A DNA stretch of 64,000 bases from an uncultured Myxococcales bacterium (GTDB lineage: Bacteria > Myxococcota > Kuafuiibacteriia > Kuafuiibacteriales > Kuafuiibacteriaceae): assembly GCA_964473255.1 (NCBI GenBank), contig CAYYOT010000018.1, forward strand, positions 1,153-65,152. The letters are read 5' to 3'. Shown piece after piece: positions 19,649 through 29,397 of this stretch. The notes beneath the pieces were generated by a model that was given only the letters and a program-made list of their open reading frames with translations, did not search any database and was not told where the DNA came from. Position numbers and translations under genes: made by a program. Within the stretch, counting starts at the first letter, position 1. The number at the start of each line of letters is the position of its first letter.

Positions 19649-19728
19649 ATGGTCGGCCCTTCCCGGTAATCGCGCACTCTTTACGCCTGGGTAACAGAGT
19701 GTCGGCTTCGATTACGGGCCGGAACCAT
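19649..19728. promoter_or_regulatory. 80-nt imperfect inverted repeat / long hairpin in a divergent intergenic region
   Basis: Nested arms ATGGT/ACCAT, CGGCCC/GGGCCG, GTAATCG/CGATTAC, CACTCT/AGAGTG, TTAC/GTAA around loop GCCTGG. Confidence 0.7.
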
Positions 19729-19801
19729 TCGACGGTCGATCTCGCCGAGCGCGACTGGATCCGAAGTGGAGCGCGCGAACGACTTTGTGCAAAAGTGCGG
19801 C

Positions 19802-21503
19802 ATGGGCAAGGCCCAATACACACTTTGGGGGGCACTCTGCGTCGCCTGCACCAACGGCACCGCCGGTCTGAGCGGCGACGAAGGAATCGACGGGGGTTCG
19901 ATGGATGCCCAGCTCACGGATGCAACATCGGCGGTCGATGCCGCTTCGAGCGTCGATGCCGAAGCGCGGGACGCCACGGTAAAACGATGTCCGACCGAGG
20001 CCCCCGTCGACCCCGCGCAGGCTCGAACCACCGAAGGCCTGGCGCGGCGAAGTGGTCGCGGACGGCGCGGTCCGAGTCTTTCGCGGCTTGCCGTACGCGG
20101 CGCCTCCGGTAGGAAATCTGCGCTGGCGACCACCCCAGCCGCCCGGCTGCTACGTCGGCGAGTTCGACGCGACCGCATTCGGTCCCGAATGTCCCCAGCT
20201 CGAAGCGTCGCCCGACGGCCCTCGGCCTTTGGGCGAGGAAGACTGCCTGTACCTCAACGTCTGGGGACCTCTCGGCGAGCGAGCGCTCGTCCCCGTCTTG
20301 GTGTTCATCCACGGAGGCGGCAACGTCCAGGGCTCGGCGACCGTCCGCTTCGGCACCGAACTACTCTATGACGGTCGCGCCCTGGCGAGTGAGCAACGGG
20401 TCGTGATCATCACGCTCAACTACCGCTTGGGCGCTCTCGGGTGGCTCACCCATCCCGCGCTGGACCGCGAGGACGCCCGCCCGGACTCCGGCAACTATGG
20501 CCTCCTCGATCAGATCCGAGCGCTGGAGTGGATCCGCGACAACGTGGCCGCGTTCGGTGGCGACCCCGAGCGAGTCATGGTGTTCGGCGAAAGCGCCGGA
20601 GCCGTGAACACCTGTGCGCTCGTCGCCTCGCCGCAGGCCGCGGGGTTGTTCTCTTCGGCCCTCATGCAGAGTGGCGGCTGCCAGGTAGCAACGCGCGAGC
20701 AGGTCCGGGCCGCTTCCGATGAACTCGTCGCCGCAACCGACTGTGCCGGAGCGACCGACATCGCCGCCTGCCTGCGCTCGCGTAGTCCCGAGCGTCTGCT
20801 GGAAGACTATCCACCGACCATTTCGGTCGCCGGTCCGTCCGGCGATCTTCGTCCCCACGTCGATGGAGCGCTTTTGCAAGATCAGCCTCGTCGGGTCATC
20901 GAGTCGGGACGCCACAACCACGTCCCCTTCGTCATCGGTGCAAACGCCGACGAGACGTCGCGCGACGTGCCGCAGCTCGACAGTGACGAGGCCTACGAAG
21001 AGCTGGTGCGAAGCACCTACGGCCCGCTGGCCGCAGGGATTCTCGCCCGCTACCCGGTCGCCGACTTCCCGAGTCCGCGGGCTGCTTACGTCGCCGTCAC
21101 CACCGATTCGCGCTTCGTGTGCACGAGCCGAAGAGACGCTCGCTCGGCCGCCTCCGGACAGACCGCACCCGTCCATCGCTACTTCTTCACCCAAGGATTG
21201 GAAGCATCGCCCGCGCTTTCGCCCTTGGGCGCATGGCACGGACTCGAACTCTTCTTCGTCTTTCAGCGGCTACGGGTCGGCGGATACCAACCGACGGAGG
21301 AGGAAATCGAGCTCGCGCAGACGATGGGGGGATACTGGTCTCGGCTGGCGGAAACCGGGAATCCCGCAATGCTCCCAGGGGCTCCGTGGCCGATCTACGA
21401 CGCCGAGTCCGACCGCACGCTCGTCATGGAGGGGGCGTCGATCGGAGTCGTCGAGGGCATTCGGACGGCTCGCTGCGATTTCTGGGACCTCTTTTCTCCT
21501 TGA
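19802..21503 (+). pseudogene. Type-B carboxylesterase lipoprotein, frameshifted near 20047 (possibly an assembly error)
   Basis: ORF from ATG 19802 has lipobox-like LCVAC and ends ARTTEGLA; another frame continues GEVVADGAVRVFRGLPYAAPPVG with EDCLYLNVW, HGGG, GESAG, WHG. Confidence 0.8.
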
Positions 21504-21570
21504 TGAGCCGACAGCGCGATGCTTGTCGGGCTGGTGGCAACCCCGGTAACCCACGGGGCCAGAGGCGCGC

Positions 21571-22449
21571 ATGGGCAAGAAAACCAAGAGCAAGTCGACC
21601 GCAGCCACGGACATCGCACTCGTAGCCGAACCCCTAACGCACGCTCACTACCCGAGGAAGCCGGACTACGGCGAGCCTCTGGCGAAGAAGGATTACGACA
21701 AGGAGCTCCACAAGCTGCACATCGAGCTGGCCAAACTTCAGTCGTGGGTCAGAGCCACCGGCCAGAAGATCGTGATCATTTTCGAGGGTCGAGATGCGGC
21801 GGGAAAAGGCGGTACCATCAAGCGCATCACCGAGCCGCTCAACCCACGGATCGCCCGTGTGGTGGCGCTGGCCGCGCCGACCGATCGAGAACAGAGCCAG
21901 TGGTATTTTCAGCGGTACGTCGCCCACCTGCCCGCCGCCGGTGAGATCGTCCTCTTCGACCGCAGTTGGTACAATCGAGCGGGCGTCGAGCGCGTGATGG
22001 GGTTTGCGAGCGACGAGCAGGTACAAGAGTTCTTCTTGGCCGTTCCTCAGTTCGAGCGGATGCTCATTCGCTCGGGCATTCGCCTGATCAAGTACTGGTT
22101 CTCGGTGAGCAAGGACGAGCAGGAGCGTCGCTTTCAGGACCGGATCGACCATCCGGTCAAGCGCTGGAAGATCAGCCCCATGGACGTCGAGTCACGGGCA
22201 CGATGGGACGAGTACTCCCGAGCCAAAGACGAAATGTTCGCCTACACCGATATCCGCGAAGCGCCGTGGTTCGTGGTGGAGGCGGACGACAAGCGTCGAG
22301 CCCGTCTCAACACCATCCATCATTTGCTCTCGCTGCTTCCCTACGTGGACCACATTCGACCCAAGATCGACCTGCCGGAACGTCCTCAGCATTCGACGTA
22401 CGTCCGACCGCCCTACCGTGAGCAGCACGTGATCCCCAGGGTGTACTGA
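21571..22449 (+). CDS. ppk2: Polyphosphate kinase 2
   Basis: FEGRDAAGKGG, QWYFQRY, FDRSWYNRAGVERVMGF, KRWKISPMD, DDKRRARLN. Confidence 0.96.
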   Translation: MGKKTKSKSTAATDIALVAEPLTHAHYPRKPDYGEPLAKKDYDKELHKLHIELAKLQSWVRATGQKIVIIFEGRDAAGKGGTIKRITEPLNPRIARVVALAAPTDREQSQWYFQRYVAHLPAAGEIVLFDRSWYNRAGVERVMGFASDEQVQEFFLAVPQFERMLIRSGIRLIKYWFSVSKDEQERRFQDRIDHPVKRWKISPMDVESRARWDEYSRAKDEMFAYTDIREAPWFVVEADDKRRARLNTIHHLLSLLPYVDHIRPKIDLPERPQHSTYVRPPYREQHVIPRVY

Positions 22450-22532
22450 GCGGTTCGACCCCCCTCGACCCGCCGGCCGAACGCTCGACGCGGCGATGGC
22501 CGAACCTGTGCTGGTCCACGGCCGCGATACGC

Positions 22533-22567
22533 TTGACGGCACTTTAGACTTGGTCCAAATTCGGACC
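22533..22567 (+). promoter_or_regulatory. Sigma70-like promoter with overlapping palindromic operator (probable Fur/PerR-family autoregulatory box)
   Basis: TTGACG 22533-22538, 17 bp, CAAATT 22556-22561; inverted repeat TTTAGAC-TTG-GTCCAAA 22543-22559; second palindrome GGTCC-AAATTC-GGACC 22552-22567. Confidence 0.6.
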
Positions 22568-22582
22568 CTGGACAGGTTGCCG

Positions 22583-23026
22583 ATGTCGGTACGGCGAAGT
22601 GAAGAGTCGGTCGTCCCCTTGCTGGAGCGGCTGCGGGAGAAGGGGTGGCGGCTCACGGCTCAGCGCCGCGCGGTGGCGCAGGCCCTCAGTGCCCTCAATC
22701 TCCATCTCACCGCCGAGGAGGTCTTCGACCGGTCGGCGGCAATTCTGCCGGAGATCAGTCGCGCAACGGTGTACAACACGCTGAACGACCTCGTCGCTCT
22801 GGGTGAAGTGAGGCTGCTCAGCTTCGATGGGGGGCAAACTCGGCGCTATGACCCCAACGCTTCGATTCCCCATCATCATCTGGTCTGCAGCAGCTGCGGC
22901 GACGTCCGCGACGTGTTGTTCGCCCAACCAGCCCCCGCACTTCCCCGTCGGGATCGAGGTGGCTATGAGGTTGCGTCAGGTCACATCGTTTACGAAGGCA
23001 TTTGCGCCGAGTGTCTCCCTCGCTGA
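22583..23026 (+). CDS. Fur family transcriptional repressor (PerR/CatR-like)
   Basis: RLTAQRR, HLTAEEV, ISRATVYNTL, HHHLVCSSC and C-terminal CAEC; start moved downstream of the promoter. Confidence 0.9.
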   Translation: MSVRRSEESVVPLLERLREKGWRLTAQRRAVAQALSALNLHLTAEEVFDRSAAILPEISRATVYNTLNDLVALGEVRLLSFDGGQTRRYDPNASIPHHHLVCSSCGDVRDVLFAQPAPALPRRDRGGYEVASGHIVYEGICAECLPR

Positions 23027-23132
23027 CGGCCCGCCGTTCGAAAGTCACCGACTCGAATCCATCGGTTAGAGTTCCGTACGAATGCGGAAGAGCGCCTTGA
23101 TTCGGTGGGTCGTCTGTACCCAGGGTGCAGAC

Positions 23133-25976
23133 ATGCGCGCGGCGTGCCTGCTCTTGCTCGTGTCGCTGCCCGCCCAGGCGGGTCCAGCGCCGTATCGGCC
23201 GCTCGCGCAGGAGCCGCTGGTCGTCGTCGAGGCTCTCGATGCCTCCGTCGAGCTGCACCACGAGATCCATCTCAAGTTCCGCAATGACCTCCGGGTTCGG
23301 GCCACGCCGACGGGACTGACGTCCATGGAGGAGACGGATGGGCTGCTGCCCGTGCTCGCGATCGCCGAACGGGAGCGACTCCACTTCGAGCCCCTGCTCG
23401 AGGTTCCGGGGGATAAGTTGGCCGAGCTCCTACGCCGAGCCGAAGAAGGCTCGGGGCGCGAGCAGCCGGACCTAGCCGGTATCTTTCGAGTGGCGGGCCT
23501 CGAAGAGGCCGATGGGCAGCGACTGCGGTCGGTAGCCACGGCGCTCGGTCAGACTCGGCCCGTGGAGTGGGTGCAGATCGTCGCCCTCGGAGTGCCGCCG
23601 CCGACCGACATTCCGCCGACGTCGACCGACTTCCGATTCCGTCAGATCTACGCCGACCCCCCGCCGGGGATCGACGCGGCGTTTGGAAACGACCAGGGCT
23701 TCGATGGCTCCGGCCTGCGGATCTACGACTGTGAGTACGGGTGGGATGAGACCCATGAGGATCTCGAGGACCAACCCATCACCCGGGAGCCCGACCAGAC
23801 CGTCAATCCCCAGGTACGCCAGCTGGGTTGGCAGGACCACGGCACCGCCGTGGTCGGCATCCTGGGAGCCGCCGACAACGCGTATGGCATCACCGGAATG
23901 GCCGCTGGAGCCGAGTTTTTCTTGTATCCCGAGTGGACTCTGGAAGGGGGCTTTCGACGGGCGAGTGCGGTCGCCAACGCGATCGCCGACGCTCGTCCGG
24001 GCGACATCGTCGTGCTCGAGATGCAGGCGGCGGGCGCGGGGGGCGGATACGTACCGGCCGAGGCGAGCCTGGCCGTGTGGCAGTCGACGCGCGTCGGGAC
24101 CGATGCCGGGGTGATCGTCGTCGCTGCCGCCGGTAACGGGAACCAGAACCTCGACGGCTCGCCGTACGCTCCCTATCGAAGCCGCGGACACAGCGGCGCG
24201 ATCATCGTGGGTGCCGGGACGGCCGACGCACGGCACGATCGTCTGAGCTTCAGCACGTACGGAAGTCGCGTCGACCTCCAGGGTTGGGGAACGGCGATCA
24301 CGACGCTGGGCTACGGCCGTCTTGCTCGCTTCGGCCAAGATCCCCGGCAATCCTATACCGACAGCTTCGGCGGGACGAGCGGTGCAACCCCGATCGTCGC
24401 CTCCGCCGTGGCCTTGCTGCAGCAGTACGCGCGCGACGGACTCGGCCGACTGCTGACCGCAAAGCAGCTCCGAGACGTGCTCGTTCAAACCGGCACGCCC
24501 CAGTCCAATCCCTCCCGGCCGATCGGTCCATTGCCCGACGTGCGAGCGGCCATGGCGGCCCTGGGTGCAAAGGTCCCTCGGATCGACGCGATGAACGTCC
24601 CACCGGGCGTAGAGGGCTCCGCCGTGGAGCTTTCGGCGACGGCCACCGTCTCCACCGGGGAGCAGCTCACCTACCAGTGGAGCGTCGGCAGTACGGATTT
24701 GGGCGGCCCGACCGTCCGCTACACACCGCAGGATGACGGCGAGTTCGACGTGGTCCTGACCGTCACCTCGGGCAGCGGTTTGCGAGACCGGTCGAACGCA
24801 ACGCTGTTCATCGAGAACGTTCCGCCCGAGATCGAGTTCCCGTCGTTCTCCCCGGCGCTGGAAGGCACGGCCTTCTCCCTGACCGCCAGCCTGCGTGATC
24901 CAGGCCGGGACACCGCGACGCTCGCATTCATTTCATCGACCGTGGACGGTACCACCGTCGAGGGCACGACCATCGAGTTCACACCGGTGCTGGCCGACGC
25001 GCGCGCCGGCAAGGCCGAAGTCCTCCTGTCGGCGACGGACGAGGACGGAGGACGGACCGAGGCCCGCCTGGAAGTACCCGTCTTCTTCGTCGACGACGAT
25101 GGGGACGGGATCGCCGATAGTTGGGAGAGCACCTACGGCTACGACCCGCAGAACCCGGCCGACGCCGACGCCGACGACGATGCCGACGGACGCACTCTCC
25201 TCGTCGAGTTCCTCGCCGACACGCATCCGGGCGAGTACGATGGTCCCCCGCTCCTGCGCCTTCTTTCACCCCTCGGAGGTCAGATCGGTCGGTCGCCCGA
25301 ACTCGTCGCCGAAAACCCGATCACCTACGATGACACCTTCGAGCTCGAGTTTCGCTGGCGGTCCGGTACCGGCCCGTGGCAGTCCAGCGGCCCGGCGCTA
25401 CCCACGCCGTCCTCACTGGTGACGGCGTTCGTTCCGCCGACGGACGCGTTCGCCGAGAACGAGACCGTCGCGTGGTCGGCTCGCGGCCTGGACGCCTACA
25501 TGACGGGACCGGAGTCCGAGGTCGCGACCTTCCTCTACAGCGCGATCGAGGAGGCTCCCCCGGTCCCCGTCATCGAGCCGGCGCGGCTGCGGGGCGAGGG
25601 TGATGGATTCACCGCGACGCTTCGCGCATCGGTAGAGCCGGATCCCGAAGGCCAGGCGATCGACGTCGAGTTTCAGGTTCGACGGGGCGAACGTGTGGTT
25701 CGTTCCGAAAGCTTCATCGATGTCGCCCCCGGGCCGCTGACCTACGCGCTTGTCCTGAAGGACAATCCAGAGGGCCTGACGTGGACGGCGAGGGTCCAGG
25801 ATTCCCTGGGAACGGCGTCCGTTTTTGCCGAACCGGCTCCGATCGGCCCCGCATCCGAGGGGTGCGGGTGTGCGACGGCGGCGGGGGCAGACACAAGCTG
25901 GGGAATACTGATAGGTCTCGGTTTGCTGTTGGGGCTGCGCAGAGGTCGCTCGCTCCGACCGCCAACACCGCCGTGA
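23133..25976 (+). CDS. Secreted S8 subtilase with PKD/Ig-like domains, Asp-rich Ca-binding motifs and MYXO-CTERM anchor
   Basis: Triad IYDCE, HGTAV, GTSGATP; oxyanion AAAGNG; DDDGDGIADSWE; tail GCGCAT...WGILIGLGLLLGLRRGR. Confidence 0.9.
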   Translation: MRAACLLLLVSLPAQAGPAPYRPLAQEPLVVVEALDASVELHHEIHLKFRNDLRVRATPTGLTSMEETDGLLPVLAIAERERLHFEPLLEVPGDKLAELLRRAEEGSGREQPDLAGIFRVAGLEEADGQRLRSVATALGQTRPVEWVQIVALGVPPPTDIPPTSTDFRFRQIYADPPPGIDAAFGNDQGFDGSGLRIYDCEYGWDETHEDLEDQPITREPDQTVNPQVRQLGWQDHGTAVVGILGAADNAYGITGMAAGAEFFLYPEWTLEGGFRRASAVANAIADARPGDIVVLEMQAAGAGGGYVPAEASLAVWQSTRVGTDAGVIVVAAAGNGNQNLDGSPYAPYRSRGHSGAIIVGAGTADARHDRLSFSTYGSRVDLQGWGTAITTLGYGRLARFGQDPRQSYTDSFGGTSGATPIVASAVALLQQYARDGLGRLLTAKQLRDVLVQTGTPQSNPSRPIGPLPDVRAAMAALGAKVPRIDAMNVPPGVEGSAVELSATATVSTGEQLTYQWSVGSTDLGGPTVRYTPQDDGEFDVVLTVTSGSGLRDRSNATLFIENVPPEIEFPSFSPALEGTAFSLTASLRDPGRDTATLAFISSTVDGTTVEGTTIEFTPVLADARAGKAEVLLSATDEDGGRTEARLEVPVFFVDDDGDGIADSWESTYGYDPQNPADADADDDADGRTLLVEFLADTHPGEYDGPPLLRLLSPLGGQIGRSPELVAENPITYDDTFELEFRWRSGTGPWQSSGPALPTPSSLVTAFVPPTDAFAENETVAWSARGLDAYMTGPESEVATFLYSAIEEAPPVPVIEPARLRGEGDGFTATLRASVEPDPEGQAIDVEFQVRRGERVVRSESFIDVAPGPLTYALVLKDNPEGLTWTARVQDSLGTASVFAEPAPIGPASEGCGCATAAGADTSWGILIGLGLLLGLRRGRSLRPPTPP

Positions 25977-26449
25977 AAGACCTCACATTGAGCTACATCC
26001 TGGCGCTCGCCGGTTTCTTCACGCCGGTCGCCGGTCTGCATCGCTTCTATCTCGGGCGCCCCGGAACGGGATTCCTCTATCTCATCACCTGGGGGCTCCT
26101 GGGCATCGGTACCCTGGTCGACCTCGTGCGCATGCCGGAGATCGTCCGCGACGAAAACCGTCGGTACTGGGCGTTGACCTACGGTCCCCCGGACCTCCAG
26201 GCGCTTCCCTCGCGCTCGCGGCAGGAAGAGACGGAAGAGATGAAGATCCTGAGGGCCGCGGAGAAGAACGAAGGGTCGCTGACCGTCGCGCGGGCGAGCC
26301 TCGCGTCGGGACTCGACTTGAAACGGTGTCAGAGAATCCTCGACCGTCTCGAAAGGGACGGATTCTGTTCGCCCGACGTCTCGGAGGAAGGCAGTCGACT
26401 CTATCTGTTCACGGGCCTTCGCTCGAACAAGCCTCTGAAGCTGGACTGA
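25973..26449 (+). CDS. TM2 domain protein with C-terminal winged-helix-like region
   Basis: GLHRFYLGRPGTGFLYLITWGLLGIGTLVD; GTGA overlap with the protease stop. Confidence 0.85.
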   Translation: MKDLTLSYILALAGFFTPVAGLHRFYLGRPGTGFLYLITWGLLGIGTLVDLVRMPEIVRDENRRYWALTYGPPDLQALPSRSRQEETEEMKILRAAEKNEGSLTVARASLASGLDLKRCQRILDRLERDGFCSPDVSEEGSRLYLFTGLRSNKPLKLD

Positions 26450-27392
26450 GCGCGACCGCCCATACCCCCTTCTCTCGGCACTCGAATCCGGTCCCCTCCA
26501 GTCCGGCTTCCTCCCCGGCTCGGACGAGCAGCGTCTGCGCCGCGCCGGCGACCCACGCTGCGAATCCTGTGATCACCTCCGCGAAGCGCTCGGGGGGCAG
26601 AGTCCGAGCGAGGGTGACCGCCTCGAGATGCGCCTCGCCCTGGTCCGGGGGGCCGCAAAACGCGACGGCGCCGATCAGAGCCGAGCGAGACCGGTCGATC
26701 ACGTACCACAGCCGCCAATCTCGGGCCTCCGAGCGCCCCAACTCGTCGTAGACCGCCCGAGCGAAGTCCACGGCATAGACTCCGGCCGGCCAGTTGTCGG
26801 GCACGGTCGCCCCGAGACCGGTGCAGAGACTGCGCCGCTCGTGGAGTTCGGCATACAGGAGGTCGCGAGTCGCCGCGCGGAGCTCGAAACCGGGCGTGAC
26901 GAAGGCCGTGGGCGTCAAGCGGCGGATCGTCTCCGCCACATCTGGATAGTCGCGGGCCAGAGCCTCATAGCGCCCGAGTTCGAAATCATCCCGGTCGAAG
27001 CCCGGAGACATCGTGGTCCCCATCAGCGCGAACCGCCCTCCGGCGCGCAGGACGCCCCCCTGCCATACGCCGCCCGGAACCAGCAACTGGGGCACGTGGC
27101 CCGCGGCCAGGTCGCGCCCCAACGTGATGACTTCCCACGCTCCGCGGGGATGAAGCAGCGTGAGCTCGACGGGGTCGCCGTCGTAGAAGTGATACATCTC
27201 GTCGCTGCGCAGTCGATGCAGGAGTGAACGAGAATCCGGCGCCAATAGGTAATAGATCGCCGTCTGCAGGCTGCGGCTGATTCCCTCCCCGGTGCGCGTC
27301 ATCTGGGCGCTGCGATGGGTTTCTCGATAGTACCCCCCTTCGAATCCGAGGGGACGAAGGTCGAGCATCCGAATCAGGCGATCGGCAGCCAT
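26409..27392 (-). CDS. DUF985 (Cupin_5) domain fused to a GNAT/RimJ-like domain
   Basis: EGGYYRET, TAIYYLL, HRLRSDEMYHFYDG, SPGFD; C-terminal part has WYVIDRSRSALIGAVAFCGPPDQG. Confidence 0.8.
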   Translation of the reverse strand: MAADRLIRMLDLRPLGFEGGYYRETHRSAQMTRTGEGISRSLQTAIYYLLAPDSRSLLHRLRSDEMYHFYDGDPVELTLLHPRGAWEVITLGRDLAAGHVPQLLVPGGVWQGGVLRAGGRFALMGTTMSPGFDRDDFELGRYEALARDYPDVAETIRRLTPTAFVTPGFELRAATRDLLYAELHERRSLCTGLGATVPDNWPAGVYAVDFARAVYDELGRSEARDWRLWYVIDRSRSALIGAVAFCGPPDQGEAHLEAVTLARTLPPERFAEVITGFAAWVAGAAQTLLVRAGEEAGLEGTGFECREKGVWAVALSPASEACSSEGP

Positions 27393-27480
27393 GGTGCTTT
27401 CGTCGCCTCGCCGAACGACAAGATCAACGGATCGATGCGCCTTCATCGTTCTCGGTCTCGGACTGCGCTAAGCTGTGGCC

Positions 27481-29397
27481 ATGGGGTCACCGCTTTGGGA
27501 CCAGGGCGCCTTCGAGCGTCGAAAGACGTCGCCGGCCGAATGCGTGCGTTCGATACAGTCCGGACAGCGCGTCTTCATCGGCTCGGGATCCAGCGAACCG
27601 GAAGCGCTCGTCCGCGCGATGGTGGCTCGGGCCGGCGAGCTCTCGGATGTCGAAGTCGTTCACCTTCTGACCATGGGCGACGCACCTTATACGGACCCCA
27701 AACTACAAGATAGCTTTCGACCGAACGTCTGGTTCATTGGTCAGAACATGCGTCGCGTGGTCAACGAGGGCCGGGCCGACTACACGCCGGTTCATCTGAG
27801 TGAGGTCCCCGAGCTCATGGAGTCGGGGCGTTGTCGGATCGATGTCGCCCTCTTGACCCTCTCGCCGCCCGACCGCCACGGCTACTGCAGCTTCGGAACC
27901 CACGTGGACGTCCAGCCCGCCGCCCTGCGCTCGGCGCGGACCGTCGTCGCGGAGATCAACGCCTCGATGCCCCGGACGCTTGGCGACACTCTGGTCCACG
28001 TCGACCAGATCGGCGCCTGGTGTGAAACGACGACCCCCCTGCCCGAGCATGCCGCCGGAGAGCCCGATGAAGCCGCCGTACGCATCGCCGGTTTGATCGC
28101 ACGCCTCGTGGAGCACGAGAGCTGCCTTCAGCTGGGGATCGGCGAGATCCCGCAGTCGGTTCTCCGCTACTTGGTCGACAAGCGCGAGCTCGGGCTCCAC
28201 ACCGAGGCGTTCAGCGAAGAAGCGATTCCGCTCGTTCGCGACAAGGTCATCACGAACACGAAGAAGCGCTACCTACCGGGCAAGACCGTGACCAGCTTCG
28301 CCTTCGGTACCCGAGCGCTCTACGACTACGTGCACGACAACCCGTCGCTATCCTTCAAACCCACCAACATCGTGAACGATCCTCGCCTCATCTCAATGAA
28401 CGACCGCGTAGTCGCCGTGAATTCGGCGCTGCAGGTCGACATCACGGGGCAGGCGGCCTCCGAAGGCGTCGGCTATCGGTTCTCCGGCGGTATCGGGGGT
28501 CAAGTCGACTTCATGCGCGGGGCGGCCATGAGTCGGGGGGGCAAGCCGATCATCGCCCTTCCGGCCACCCTCGACGAGGGCGCCGATAGTCGCATTGTCT
28601 CCCATCTGGCAGAAGGGAGCGGCGTCGTCATCACTCGCGCCGACATTCACTACGTCGTGACGGAGTTCGGCATCGCCTACCTCCATGGAAAAACGATCCG
28701 CGAGCGAGCCATGGCCTTGATCAACATCGCCCATCCGTCGTTTCGCGCCGAGCTCTTCCGCGAGATGGTGCGGCGCCACTACATGACGGGCGGCGAGCAA
28801 ATCCTCCGCCAGAAGCTCGACCGCTATCCCCACGACATGGTGCACACCCATCGTTTCGGCGACGTCGAGCTGGAAGTGCGACCGATTCAAACCGCCGACG
28901 AACGCACCCTCCAGGAGTTCTTCTACTCCCACCGCCCGGATACGGTGTACGCGCGATATTTCAGCCACAAGAAACAGCTCGGGCACCGCGAGGCCTCCGA
29001 ACTCTGCGCCCTCGACTACGAGGCGCGCATGGCGTTGGGGGCCTTCGAGAAGCAGGGCGCGGGCGAACGGCTCGTCGGTATCGCACGGTACAGCTTGAAC
29101 CCGCGAACGAACCGCGCCGAGACCGCGGTGGTGATCCACGAGGACCTCCGCCGTCGGGGACTGGCCACGTATCTGCTTTTGCAGCTCGAAGACCGGGCCC
29201 GAGCACAGGGCATCGACGGCTTCGAGGCCGAGATCCTTCCCGACAACCGGGCCATGCAGGAAGTGCATCGGCGTCTCAACCATCGCGTGAGCTACGTTCC
29301 GGCCGAAGACGTCTTCAAGGTCGAAGTGGACTTCCGCGATGCGCCCGAGGGCGTGGGCGCGGAGCCGAGCCCCAACGCAAGCCCAAGCTTGGTCTAG
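27481..29397 (+). CDS. Acetyl-CoA hydrolase/transferase fused to C-terminal GNAT
   Basis: LQLGIG, LGLHTE, SGGIGGQVDFMRGA, VTEFGIA, LINIAHP; GNAT part RPIQTADE...RRRGLATYL. Confidence 0.92.
   Translation: MGSPLWDQGAFERRKTSPAECVRSIQSGQRVFIGSGSSEPEALVRAMVARAGELSDVEVVHLLTMGDAPYTDPKLQDSFRPNVWFIGQNMRRVVNEGRADYTPVHLSEVPELMESGRCRIDVALLTLSPPDRHGYCSFGTHVDVQPAALRSARTVVAEINASMPRTLGDTLVHVDQIGAWCETTTPLPEHAAGEPDEAAVRIAGLIARLVEHESCLQLGIGEIPQSVLRYLVDKRELGLHTEAFSEEAIPLVRDKVITNTKKRYLPGKTVTSFAFGTRALYDYVHDNPSLSFKPTNIVNDPRLISMNDRVVAVNSALQVDITGQAASEGVGYRFSGGIGGQVDFMRGAAMSRGGKPIIALPATLDEGADSRIVSHLAEGSGVVITRADIHYVVTEFGIAYLHGKTIRERAMALINIAHPSFRAELFREMVRRHYMTGGEQILRQKLDRYPHDMVHTHRFGDVELEVRPIQTADERTLQEFFYSHRPDTVYARYFSHKKQLGHREASELCALDYEARMALGAFEKQGAGERLVGIARYSLNPRTNRAETAVVIHEDLRRRGLATYLLLQLEDRARAQGIDGFEAEILPDNRAMQEVHRRLNHRVSYVPAEDVFKVEVDFRDAPEGVGAEPSPNASPSLV

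Noticed and set aside
22448-22486. GGTTCGA T-loop-like sequence after ppk2 suggesting a tRNA
   Set aside because: No cloverleaf; only a weak hairpin (GAGCGGTTCG/CGAACGCTC).
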